Shown here: one piece after another, positions 8,514-16,147 of the stretch
Layout of the letters: the number at the start of each line of letters is the position of its first letter
Numbering within the stretch: the first letter of the stretch is position 1
Virus record (IMG/VR): IMGVR_UViG_3300048011_000525
Location: 1 to 64,000 of that record
Length of the DNA stretch: 64,000 nt
From: a virus
Strand: one strand, 5' to 3'
Position numbers and translations under genes: made by a program
Notes under the pieces: generated by a model
Database searches by the model: none
Seen by the model: only the letters and a program-made list of their open reading frames with translations
What the model was told of the DNA's origin: nothing

Positions 8514-8599
8514 TTACGCAATTTGGTAAAAAAGAGGTTGACAACCGGCCTCTTTTTTTATATACTGTATATAACAGTTAAGCAAATGAGGGCAAACAA

Positions 8600-8971
8600 A
8601 TGCTAGTAACTAAACACACCGAGGAAAGCACACACAAGTTTTTTGCAATAGCAGACATTGAAGCTCGTGCTCGTGCAGCGTACAATGCAAACAAGCAGCT
8701 ATTTGAAAGTGCTGCACACCAGCAGCGTGTAGAACTTGTAGACACTATACTACGCAACATGCTCGCGGGCTACACTACAGCATATCAAACTGCTCGCGCT
8801 GCTACTAAACGCAAAGCAGCACACACAGAAGTCAAGTACGACCGCGTAATACAATACACAAGCAACAAGCACAAGCAGCTACGTGCAGCAGCCGTTGAGC
8901 AACTAGCAGCACTTGGACTTGACTTAGTATACAAACCCAAAACAAACAGCTATAGCGTACACGTACTATAG
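8600..8971 (+). CDS. Hypothetical basic early protein
   Basis: Promoter and GAGGGCA leader. Confidence 0.8.
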   Translation: MLVTKHTEESTHKFFAIADIEARARAAYNANKQLFESAAHQQRVELVDTILRNMLAGYTTAYQTARAATKRKAAHTEVKYDRVIQYTSNKHKQLRAAAVEQLAALGLDLVYKPKTNSYSVHVL

Positions 8972-9071
8972 CAGCCGCGGCCTGTGGATAACTTTTTGGT
9001 AAAAAAGAGGTTGACAAACACACACTCAGATCATATACTGTATGTATAAGTTAAAGCAAAGAGGGCACAAT

Positions 9072-9332
9072 ATGAAACGCAACATTAGAGCAGCATACAC
9101 AAAACTAAAAGCACTTGGTGCTCCCGTGTATGAAGGTGGTTGGAATGGTGAAGACACATTCCGAATCTCAGGAGAGGACAACGGCGACACCCTTTGGGCA
9201 GACTACTATGAAGAGTTTGTGCCCAGCACATGGGAGTTTGGTGTTAATCCTATTATCACTAAGGTACTGGACAAGCATGGCTTGTTTGCAGAATGGTGCA
9301 ATGCTGGTGTGCTTAATGTATATGAGAATTGA
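9072..9332 (+). CDS. Hypothetical early protein
   Basis: ATG at 9072 after GAGGGCA. Confidence 0.8.
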   Translation: MKRNIRAAYTKLKALGAPVYEGGWNGEDTFRISGEDNGDTLWADYYEEFVPSTWEFGVNPIITKVLDKHGLFAEWCNAGVLNVYEN

Positions 9333-9403
9333 GCAAATAAAGGTTGACACACAGCACACAGATGCTATACTGTATATATAAATTAACGTAGAGGGCTAAA
9401 CAA

Positions 9404-9799
9404 ATGAACAACGAAACACTTACTCCAAACGCACTAGCAGAACGTTACACTGTAGAAGACCTACAGGCAATGCTCAACACTGCTGAGCAAGCGGCACGAA
9501 CTGCACAACATGACTTCCTAGAGCAGTGGAACACTAGCACAGGTGGTAACCAATATGGTGAGCCAATGTACTGTGGCTTTGCTTGGGTTAACATACACGG
9601 TGTTAAAGGCAATACTAAGATTGGTAGACGCTTGAAGTTGGCAGGTGTACAGCAGAGCTGGGACAAGAGCTTCCAAGTATGGAACCCAGGTTCACACGGT
9701 GGACAGAGCATGGATGTTAAAGAAGCAGGTGCTAGAGCATATGCAGATGTATTAACAGCATACGGCTTTAGAGCTTACCCAGGTAGCAGAGCAGACTAA
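9404..9799 (+). CDS. Conserved-type phage hypothetical protein
   Basis: CGFAWV and QSMDVKEAGARAYA motifs; promoter and GAGGGC leader. Confidence 0.8.
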   Translation: MNNETLTPNALAERYTVEDLQAMLNTAEQAARTAQHDFLEQWNTSTGGNQYGEPMYCGFAWVNIHGVKGNTKIGRRLKLAGVQQSWDKSFQVWNPGSHGGQSMDVKEAGARAYADVLTAYGFRAYPGSRAD

Positions 9800-9832
9800 T
9801 ACAGCAGGCTAGGCTGATGGGAGGCAAAAGAT

Positions 9833-9946
9833 ATGGATTTAATTAAAGTGTTGGCTTTTGTAGGGATTGGTTTGGCTATCGGCCAGATATATGTGCATTT
9901 TGCACTAAGGGAATTCTGGAAAGACCATAATGGTGACGACAAATAA
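9833..9946 (+). CDS. Small single-TM protein (37 aa, not in ORF track)
   Basis: GGGAGG RBS; MDLIKVLAFVGIGLAIGQIYV... Confidence 0.6.
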   Translation: MDLIKVLAFVGIGLAIGQIYVHFALREFWKDHNGDDK

Positions 9947-9967
9947 GAAGAACTGTGTGTGGGAAAA

Positions 9968-9996
9968 GATCCTTGCGTGATGCAGGGATTTTTTTT
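9968..9996 (+). terminator. Intrinsic terminator closing the early module
   Basis: ATCCTTGC-GTGAT-GCAGGGAT followed by a T run. Confidence 0.75.
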
Positions 9997-10118
9997 GAAT
10001 TTTTTTTATTTTCGAGACCGGGGGGTCGGGGCTTATAAACACTAGTAAAATCAACAACTTACAAGTCCTTAATGACCGTTTTTTAAAACCATGGTCTAGA
10101 AATCACCACCTCACTTCT

Positions 10119-10347
10119 GTAAGTACTTCACCTAAATTTTTCGTAGCGCAACTTTTTACACTGTAGAACCCATTTCGGACTATATACACATGAAGGGAGA
10201 TCAACTATGTGTAACTGTGAAACATGTACTTGCAAAGACTGTAAGTGCTAATCTAATGTTGTGCGCAAAACTAACCATATGGAATGTGTAAGTACTCCAC
10301 CAAATTTTTTTGCGCACAATTTTTTTCTCACTACAAACCCCTTTTCG
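10119..10347 (+). repeat. Two imperfect direct repeats of about 60 nt
   Basis: 10119-10177 and 10288-10347 share GTAAGTACTyCACC..AAATTTTT..TTTTT..CACT..AACCC.TTTCG. Confidence 0.65.
10207..10251 (+). CDS. Candidate Cys-rich metallothionein-like micropeptide (MCNCETCTCKDCKC)
   Basis: AAGGGAG 7 nt upstream; 6 Cys in 14 aa. Confidence 0.5.
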   Translation: MCNCETCTCKDCKC

Positions 10348-10465
10348 AGCGTAGCGTATACACACGAGTACTAGCGAGTGTGTTATGTACGCAGTACATA
10401 CTGTATAGTCTAAACGAGAACCTCTTAACTGTGCGCTACGGTGTTACGCACTTATAAATACTTTT

Positions 10466-10563
10466 GTAAGCACAGTGTACATCACAGTTTGAACATGTGT
10501 CACAAGTTTGCGTAAGTTTACGTTATATAAAAAAAGCAGACTAGCTGACTACACTGTGCTTAC
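10466..10563 (+). ncRNA. Candidate late structured RNA
   Basis: TATAAATA at 10453; 14-bp perfect inverted repeat GTAAGCACAGTGTA/TACACTGTGCTTAC; T-rich tail. Confidence 0.35.
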
Positions 10564-10686
10564 TTTTATCTTTTATGCATAAGTACTATATGACAGTCAA
10601 CTCAATCATAATTGTATACTCGTGTGCAGTACTACATGCTATTACATTACCCATATGGATATATCTACTCTTACTTGCGTTTTAAC

Positions 10687-10890
10687 ATGTACACACTAAC
10701 ACTAAATTACGAGTCAAGCACAACATCGTATATGCAAGACATCAACACGTTTACATTTGCTACAGAGCTGTTGTTGCGAGGCATACACTGTGATCAACCA
10801 AGTGATTGTACACTTGTGTTTTGGAGTGAGTCAGATCTACTATATGCTACGCTTGCATACAAAGGAACAGCTACTCTAGCTTGGGATTAG
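10687..10890 (+). CDS. Hypothetical protein (start uncertain)
   Basis: Part of ORF 10612-10890; plausible ATG at 10687. Confidence 0.4.
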   Translation: MYTLTLNYESSTTSYMQDINTFTFATELLLRGIHCDQPSDCTLVFWSESDLLYATLAYKGTATLAWD

Positions 10891-11057
10891 AATGGTGTCT
10901 GTGCGCTTATATAAGCGTCATACAGCAGGTTTTATTGTTTGGGGCTTGTGTGATACTACGGTGTAAAATTTTGCTTAGAGCTAACTAGCGTTAGCTGCTT
11001 CGCAGCTTTTTGTGCTTTAACCGCGATGCGGCTTTTTGGCGCAAACGCTTCGCGCTG

Positions 11058-11843
11058 TTAGGCTATCTGGATGAGGCTGATTCTGTCTATGGTTGCTTCT
11101 ACATCTGCTAGGTTTATGCGAAACTCGTTGATTTGATCAGTATAGTCTGTGAGGTTGTCCACAGTAAACTCTGCTGTGTAGGTTACATATTCGTCAATTC
11201 TATTTCTATCTGCTAGTTCAAGTGTGATTATGTCAATGTCGTTACCGCCGTTGTTGGCACTTAGTGTGATCGCACTGCTTACACCTGTTACTTCAGTTGA
11301 GTTAAATGAAGCTGCCACACGATAGGTATTGCCTTCTACTAGTGCAAACTGTGAGCTTGTAAGAGTGCCGGTGTCACCTTCTTCTAGAATAAACGATACT
11401 TGGTCTGCGACGGTGCTGTCAATTGTGCCTGTGCCTGTTGTAGCACCTGTCCACTGACCTGCATAGTCAAGTATTTCACTGTCTGGTACTAGTTCAGCTG
11501 GAGGAGTTCCCCAACGCACCACAACACTTTGTCCAGGAGTTAGTGTGAGCTGTGTGCGCTCAAGCACACCACGTGGCACAATAGTAGTACTGTATTCAAC
11601 CCAGTCGTAGATCTTTGGCACTACGCTGTCACTTACTGCAAGTGCAATAGTGTTTGCTGCTTCTACATCTCTGTTGCACACACTTATTGCTGCAATAGCA
11701 TACGCCAATCCTGGCAATTTAGGTAATGTATATATTACGTTATCCAAACCGTCGCTGGTTGTAATGTCTGCTGTTGCTAGGCGTCCACTGGTTTGTGCGC
11801 CTGTTTTAACTGTAATACCGTGTACTGTAACTGATAATGCCAT
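11058..11843 (-). CDS. Putative virion structural protein with C-terminal carbohydrate-binding-like beta domain
   Basis: Thr/Val-rich, ends IDRISL; AGGAG RBS with TAAATA upstream. Confidence 0.65.
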   Translation of the reverse strand: MALSVTVHGITVKTGAQTSGRLATADITTSDGLDNVIYTLPKLPGLAYAIAAISVCNRDVEAANTIALAVSDSVVPKIYDWVEYSTTIVPRGVLERTQLTLTPGQSVVVRWGTPPAELVPDSEILDYAGQWTGATTGTGTIDSTVADQVSFILEEGDTGTLTSSQFALVEGNTYRVAASFNSTEVTGVSSAITLSANNGGNDIDIITLELADRNRIDEYVTYTAEFTVDNLTDYTDQINEFRINLADVEATIDRISLIQIA

Positions 11844-11861
11844 TTCGTTTTCTCCTGTATG

Positions 11862-12155
11862 TTATTTAGTGTACACTCTTTGTCTTTGGGTAGGAGTTCG
11901 AATTTGTGCAGCTCGCGTGATGCCATTGGGTTTGTAGTCTTGTAGTTGCGGCTTGCCTACCCAATCGCTTGCTCCTTTGTGACGTTGATTGTTTAGTTGT
12001 GCTGCAAATGCATCTGCTTTTTGCTGTGCTAGTGTAGCTCTTGTGGTATGCTGATAAGGAGCAAGTAAACTGTCCTCGTCAAATATACGTTTGGTGGTGT
12101 TTATACTTTTTGAGTATGCATGTATTGCATAAATTTGTGTTGGTGCTTTTGCCAT
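11862..12155 (-). CDS. Hypothetical protein (resembles 15700-15954)
   Basis: AAGGA RBS; shared sequence pattern with 15700-15954. Confidence 0.7.
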   Translation of the reverse strand: MAKAPTQIYAIHAYSKSINTTKRIFDEDSLLAPYQHTTRATLAQQKADAFAAQLNNQRHKGASDWVGKPQLQDYKPNGITRAAQIRTPTQRQRVYTK

Positions 12156-12165
12156 TGTATTTTCC

Positions 12166-13809
12166 TTATGTTACTGTAAAGATATATGGACTAACGTTTG
12201 TTGTTAGTGGCTGTTTGCCATATCTACTGTATAGCATTCTGTTTGGGCTGCCCATTATACTATCTAATATGCGACCATAGTCTGTAGAGCTGCCTGTGTC
12301 GTACACAACAGCAGTACTATCTCCTATGATACGATCTTTTATTTGTGCAGGAGTTAAATTAGGATTTACTTGCAAATGCTGTGCTATTACTCCCGCAACT
12401 TGAGGTGCAGCCATCGATGTCCCGCCAATGCTGGTCACTCTAAAAAACAATCCTCCTAGTCCCGGAACACTGCTAACATCAACTGGATATTCAATAGTAG
12501 TGTAACCATCTGTTACTCTTGACGTTGCTGCTGTTATTTCTGAGCCTGGCGCCCATATGTTAACTCCTGGTCCTCTTGAACTAGAGCTTGCTGTTTGGTC
12601 TAGTGCTTTTTCTTGATCAGTATATGTCTCTGCAAGGTATGCACTAAAGCTATCGTCAATGTTACCTACCATAAAGCAGTTATCACTGTAAGGACTAGAT
12701 CCTCGGTGATAGTTATATGTATTACCATTAAACACCACAGTGTTATTATAATCACTGCCACCAACTACATCTATTTTATTATAGTTGTTGCCTGCTGCTA
12801 TACAGATGTGTATACCGTCTGTGATCATGTCTTCTACTTCTGCGTCAACGCTTGCTACACGAGTTGCTTGTCTAAAGAATGTATTTGAACCTGCATCGAT
12901 AAATCTATCTCTACTAACACCAGTAGCATCTTCTAGCTCACTTCTTGTGTTATAGTCCACACCGTAAGTCCAAGCAGTTCCTCTATAAACGCCCGTCGTA
13001 GGATCAGTACTAAGAGTAGCACCATAACCCCAGCTCATATTAACAACTGTAGGGCGGCCGTTAGTTTTATTATTGTGCCACAGTCTAATTGTATCAAATG
13101 CATCTGATATGCTAATGCCAGTGCCAGGGTCACTAGGGCCTTCTAGTCCTGCTAGTTTTTGTGAATATATGTGTGCGCCTTTAGCCCAGCCGTAGAGCTT
13201 ACCAGCAGCAATACTGGCGCAATGCGTACCATGGCCGTCATAGTCACCATAGTGATTAGCGTCTTGGGTTCCCGAAAGTCCGGACTCAGTGTACCAGTCT
13301 ATTTGTTGTAGCCTACTAGTAGTGCCACTATCAAACCAGTCAGGGTGTAGTGGGTCTATGCCTGAGTCTTGAATAACAACATCAACCCCTGTACCATCTA
13401 CAGCATATTCATACTGCCCTTCTATTTCTGTAAGTCTAGTAATACCATCTGTATCAACAAAGTTATTAGCGTCTGCCATACAACGTCTTAGGCCCCAATT
13501 ACGGTAGTCGCTTTGTAATCCACTGCCTCTATAGAACGTGCCTCGTTGTGAAGCATTTAGTCCAATACTAATATCGTCACGCTGTTCTGGGGGTATCTCT
13601 ACAGCACGTACTCTAGGGTCTTTGCGCAGCTCTTCTGCTTCTTCATCTGTAAGCATAAAGTGTGTTTGTATCTTAGAACCTAGGCGTGGGTTAGCAACGT
13701 CAACTGAGCGATCGGGTATAGGGCCTGCTCCACTGCTCGCAGTAATCTCTGCTTCTAGTGCGGGCAAGTCTTCTCGTGTGTTGGCTATTACTGTGTATTC
13801 TCTTTCCAT
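12166..13809 (-). CDS. Subtilisin-like S8 serine protease
   Basis: VVIQDSG, GHGTHCAS, AAGN, GGTSMAAPQVAG. Confidence 0.92.
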   Translation of the reverse strand: MEREYTVIANTREDLPALEAEITASSGAGPIPDRSVDVANPRLGSKIQTHFMLTDEEAEELRKDPRVRAVEIPPEQRDDISIGLNASQRGTFYRGSGLQSDYRNWGLRRCMADANNFVDTDGITRLTEIEGQYEYAVDGTGVDVVIQDSGIDPLHPDWFDSGTTSRLQQIDWYTESGLSGTQDANHYGDYDGHGTHCASIAAGKLYGWAKGAHIYSQKLAGLEGPSDPGTGISISDAFDTIRLWHNNKTNGRPTVVNMSWGYGATLSTDPTTGVYRGTAWTYGVDYNTRSELEDATGVSRDRFIDAGSNTFFRQATRVASVDAEVEDMITDGIHICIAAGNNYNKIDVVGGSDYNNTVVFNGNTYNYHRGSSPYSDNCFMVGNIDDSFSAYLAETYTDQEKALDQTASSSSRGPGVNIWAPGSEITAATSRVTDGYTTIEYPVDVSSVPGLGGLFFRVTSIGGTSMAAPQVAGVIAQHLQVNPNLTPAQIKDRIIGDSTAVVYDTGSSTDYGRILDSIMGSPNRMLYSRYGKQPLTTNVSPYIFTVT

Positions 13810-15644
13810 TATGCGTACTGATTAGTCTCCATAAACACTTGTACCAGCGACCCTCCTGCGTATAGCAGTTGAAATTTAAATACCTTTTGACCTGTTCCGG
13901 TACCTACAGGTGCTAAACTGTTTAGAGTTTCACTATTACCGTTTACTGTTACTGCATTAATATTAAGACCGCTAAGAGCATACAGATTAAATGTATAAAT
14001 CTTATCAGTGGTAGTGGGTACATTTGTAAATGCAATAGTCCTATTGCCGGAGGTAGCAAAATCATATGCAGTCTGTGTGTTAGATGTGTCTATTGTTATT
14101 TCAGTTGCAGTAGCAGTAGCTTGTCCAACTTTATAACCAACTAATCCAGTGTCAAAAGTCATAGTCGGCGCTTTAATTATTAAATCGTCAGTATAATTTA
14201 TAACAGCACCGTTTGTTGTTAAATTTCCGCTAAGATCAAATGTTAAGGTGCTGCCAAACTGTCCGCTATCAAATTCAAACAACTCTCCAAAGCTATTACC
14301 ATAAGGTCCGCTAAACTTAACTTTCCATTCTCCGTTTCTGTTGCCGCCATTATCAGCACCATCTAGGATAGTGTCTATTACAATATTGCCGCCGTTGGCA
14401 GCGTCGAGAATAATACCGTCTGGTGCGTCGAGTGTGATTGTGCTTGCACTTGTGATACTAGGCGCACCTGTTCCTGCATTTGCATATGTAGTTGCTGTAA
14501 TAGTTCCTACGTTTGTAATATCGTTTGTTGCTGCATCAAGAGTGCCTCCTAATGTAGGAGTTGTATCATCTACAACTTCTCCGCCTCCAACACCTGATAA
14601 GTCCGGTGGCGTATAAGTAAACTGCCCTGTAGAGTTACTATAAGACAGTGCGCCTCCGCCGCTTGCTGCATTTGAAACTACGCTTATATCAGTTAACGCA
14701 ATAAAGTCACTTACAAGAGCAGGACGGAATGTAAACGTACCGTTGCTATAACTTAAACTACCGCCGGCACTTGCTGCACTAGTTGTTACACTAAAACTAT
14801 TTAAATTTGCATACGTAGATAAGTCAGGTGGTGTAAATGTAAACACACCTAAAGTATTATCATATGCTAAACTGCCGGCGCCGCTTGCTGAACCGTTAGT
14901 AGCACTTAAATCAGTTAATTCAATTCCACTTTGCGCTACTGGTGCAGCAACATTAATCCATTGTCCACTATTGTATCCTAGTAGTTGTCCGTCTTGCGGC
15001 GTTGTTATAACAGTATCGCTTAGTTGACTTAACGACGGCAAAGATGTCGATACCTCTATGTCTCCAGTAAGATTAACACCAACTGTTACATTAGTGCCGC
15101 CTACAATTTCTACCTGAGATGTATCACCTTCAGAATCTGTTAGTGTTATATTCGCTCCGCTGTCACCTATACTAGCAGCTATTGAATATGTAGTATCTGT
15201 ATTTACAAACCCGGCAACAGTAGTGTTAACCCAATTAGTTCCGTCCCATTCTAGTAGCTGTCCTGCTACTAGTGGATTTGTTTCTGTGTCAACATCACCG
15301 ATGCTATTAATAGTACTAATGTCAATTGATAACCCGTCTAAGTCTGGAGCATTAATTAAATCATTATAGTCGCCGCTGAATAATAAATTAGTTGCATCAG
15401 AAAGCTGATTGATGTCGGTCGGTACAGTGGGTTTATTAGTTAAGTCGTTGTAGTTACCACTAAAGGTGTTAGCAGTGACCCAGGCCCTATCTGCCATAAC
15501 AATAGAGTCTGACTGGTTTGCAGTGTATATTCTTAATGTGTTTTGACCTGCGTCAAAAAATATTTCACCTGACTCACCACTAAGTGTATCAAGGCTTCTT
15601 GATGTTCTTTTTTCTAATCTTATACTTCGTATTGGTAATGGCAT
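13809..15644 (-). CDS. Tail fibre / fibrous virion protein
   Basis: GEIFFD N-terminus, FSGxYNDL x2, GSLSY...GxFTxxP x3, DTTPTLGGTLD; start at MPLPIR. Confidence 0.75.
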   Translation of the reverse strand: MPLPIRSIRLEKRTSRSLDTLSGESGEIFFDAGQNTLRIYTANQSDSIVMADRAWVTANTFSGNYNDLTNKPTVPTDINQLSDATNLLFSGDYNDLINAPDLDGLSIDISTINSIGDVDTETNPLVAGQLLEWDGTNWVNTTVAGFVNTDTTYSIAASIGDSGANITLTDSEGDTSQVEIVGGTNVTVGVNLTGDIEVSTSLPSLSQLSDTVITTPQDGQLLGYNSGQWINVAAPVAQSGIELTDLSATNGSASGAGSLAYDNTLGVFTFTPPDLSTYANLNSFSVTTSAASAGGSLSYSNGTFTFRPALVSDFIALTDISVVSNAASGGGALSYSNSTGQFTYTPPDLSGVGGGEVVDDTTPTLGGTLDAATNDITNVGTITATTYANAGTGAPSITSASTITLDAPDGIILDAANGGNIVIDTILDGADNGGNRNGEWKVKFSGPYGNSFGELFEFDSGQFGSTLTFDLSGNLTTNGAVINYTDDLIIKAPTMTFDTGLVGYKVGQATATATEITIDTSNTQTAYDFATSGNRTIAFTNVPTTTDKIYTFNLYALSGLNINAVTVNGNSETLNSLAPVGTGTGQKVFKFQLLYAGGSLVQVFMETNQYA

Positions 15645-15699
15645 AATAAAAATATTCCTTTGCTTGTATTTAGTCACTAAATAATACAAAGGAGTATCT

Positions 15700-15954
15700 A
15701 TGTCAGACCCAAAAAAATTTAAACCTTATTATATTATTTGCGCTCACAGTAAAAAAGCAAATAAGATTAGAGAGCAACGACTGTCTACAGAATTAGAACG
15801 TATGAAAAAACCTGGAAGTCTAATTGAAGCTAAGGAACGTACTAAGAATTTTACTACTAGTTTAAATGAATCAAATACACTAAATGTAGATGACTGGAAG
15901 CCTTTATTATTTCTGCAACATACTGAAACAAAAAGACTGCCAGTTGAAGTTTAG
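15700..15954 (+). CDS. Hypothetical protein (resembles 11862-12155)
   Basis: TAAATA late motif and AAGGAG RBS. Confidence 0.7.
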   Translation: MSDPKKFKPYYIICAHSKKANKIREQRLSTELERMKKPGSLIEAKERTKNFTTSLNESNTLNVDDWKPLLFLQHTETKRLPVEV

Positions 15955-15976
15955 TTAATTACAATATAAATACATT

Positions 15977-16147
15977 ATGACACAGCGTAAAGTATACTCA
16001 ACATCAAATTCACCTGCTAGTAGAAACGGCAACTACTCAGTAAGTTTAGATTTTTCAAAAGGCAGTCGAGGAACGGTTACTATTCAACAGCAACCCGAAC
16101 GTACTACCTTTACTAAAAAAGAACGTAAAGTAAACTATAAAAAGTAA
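15977..16147 (+). CDS. Small basic protein (56 aa, not in ORF track)
   Basis: TATAAATA 4 nt before ATG; MTQRKVYSTS...KVNYKK. Confidence 0.55.
   Translation: MTQRKVYSTSNSPASRNGNYSVSLDFSKGSRGTVTIQQQPERTTFTKKERKVNYKK

Larger units (their letters stand above)
972..9371 (+). promoter_or_regulatory. Array of about 17 consensus sigma70-type early promoters
   Basis: TTGACA at 972, 1190, 1503, 2102, 2972, 3521, 4076, 4332, 5409, 5832, 6128, 6435, 6844, 8056, 8538, 9011, 9344, each with a TATACT/TATAAT-like box 16-17 nt downstream; usually preceded by AAAAGAGG or TTAGGGG. Confidence 0.9.

Noticed and set aside
1002-8977. RCAGCCG as an Ala-Ala codon artefact or as E. coli Chi
   Set aside because: About ten copies are intergenic and coding copies use two frames; neither strand matches GCTGGTGG.
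1241-9396. GAGGGCA as evidence of a host with a variant 16S anti-SD
   Set aside because: Structural and replication genes in the same genome use canonical AGGAG/GGAGG.
1181-9400. Repeated promoter cassettes as a CRISPR or integron array
   Set aside because: The repeats are -35/-10/RBS elements, not palindromic repeats or attC sites, and no integrase is seen.
10590-10685. 31-aa hydrophobic ORF after TAAGTA
   Set aside because: It could be a leaderless late gene, but it is too short and featureless to call.
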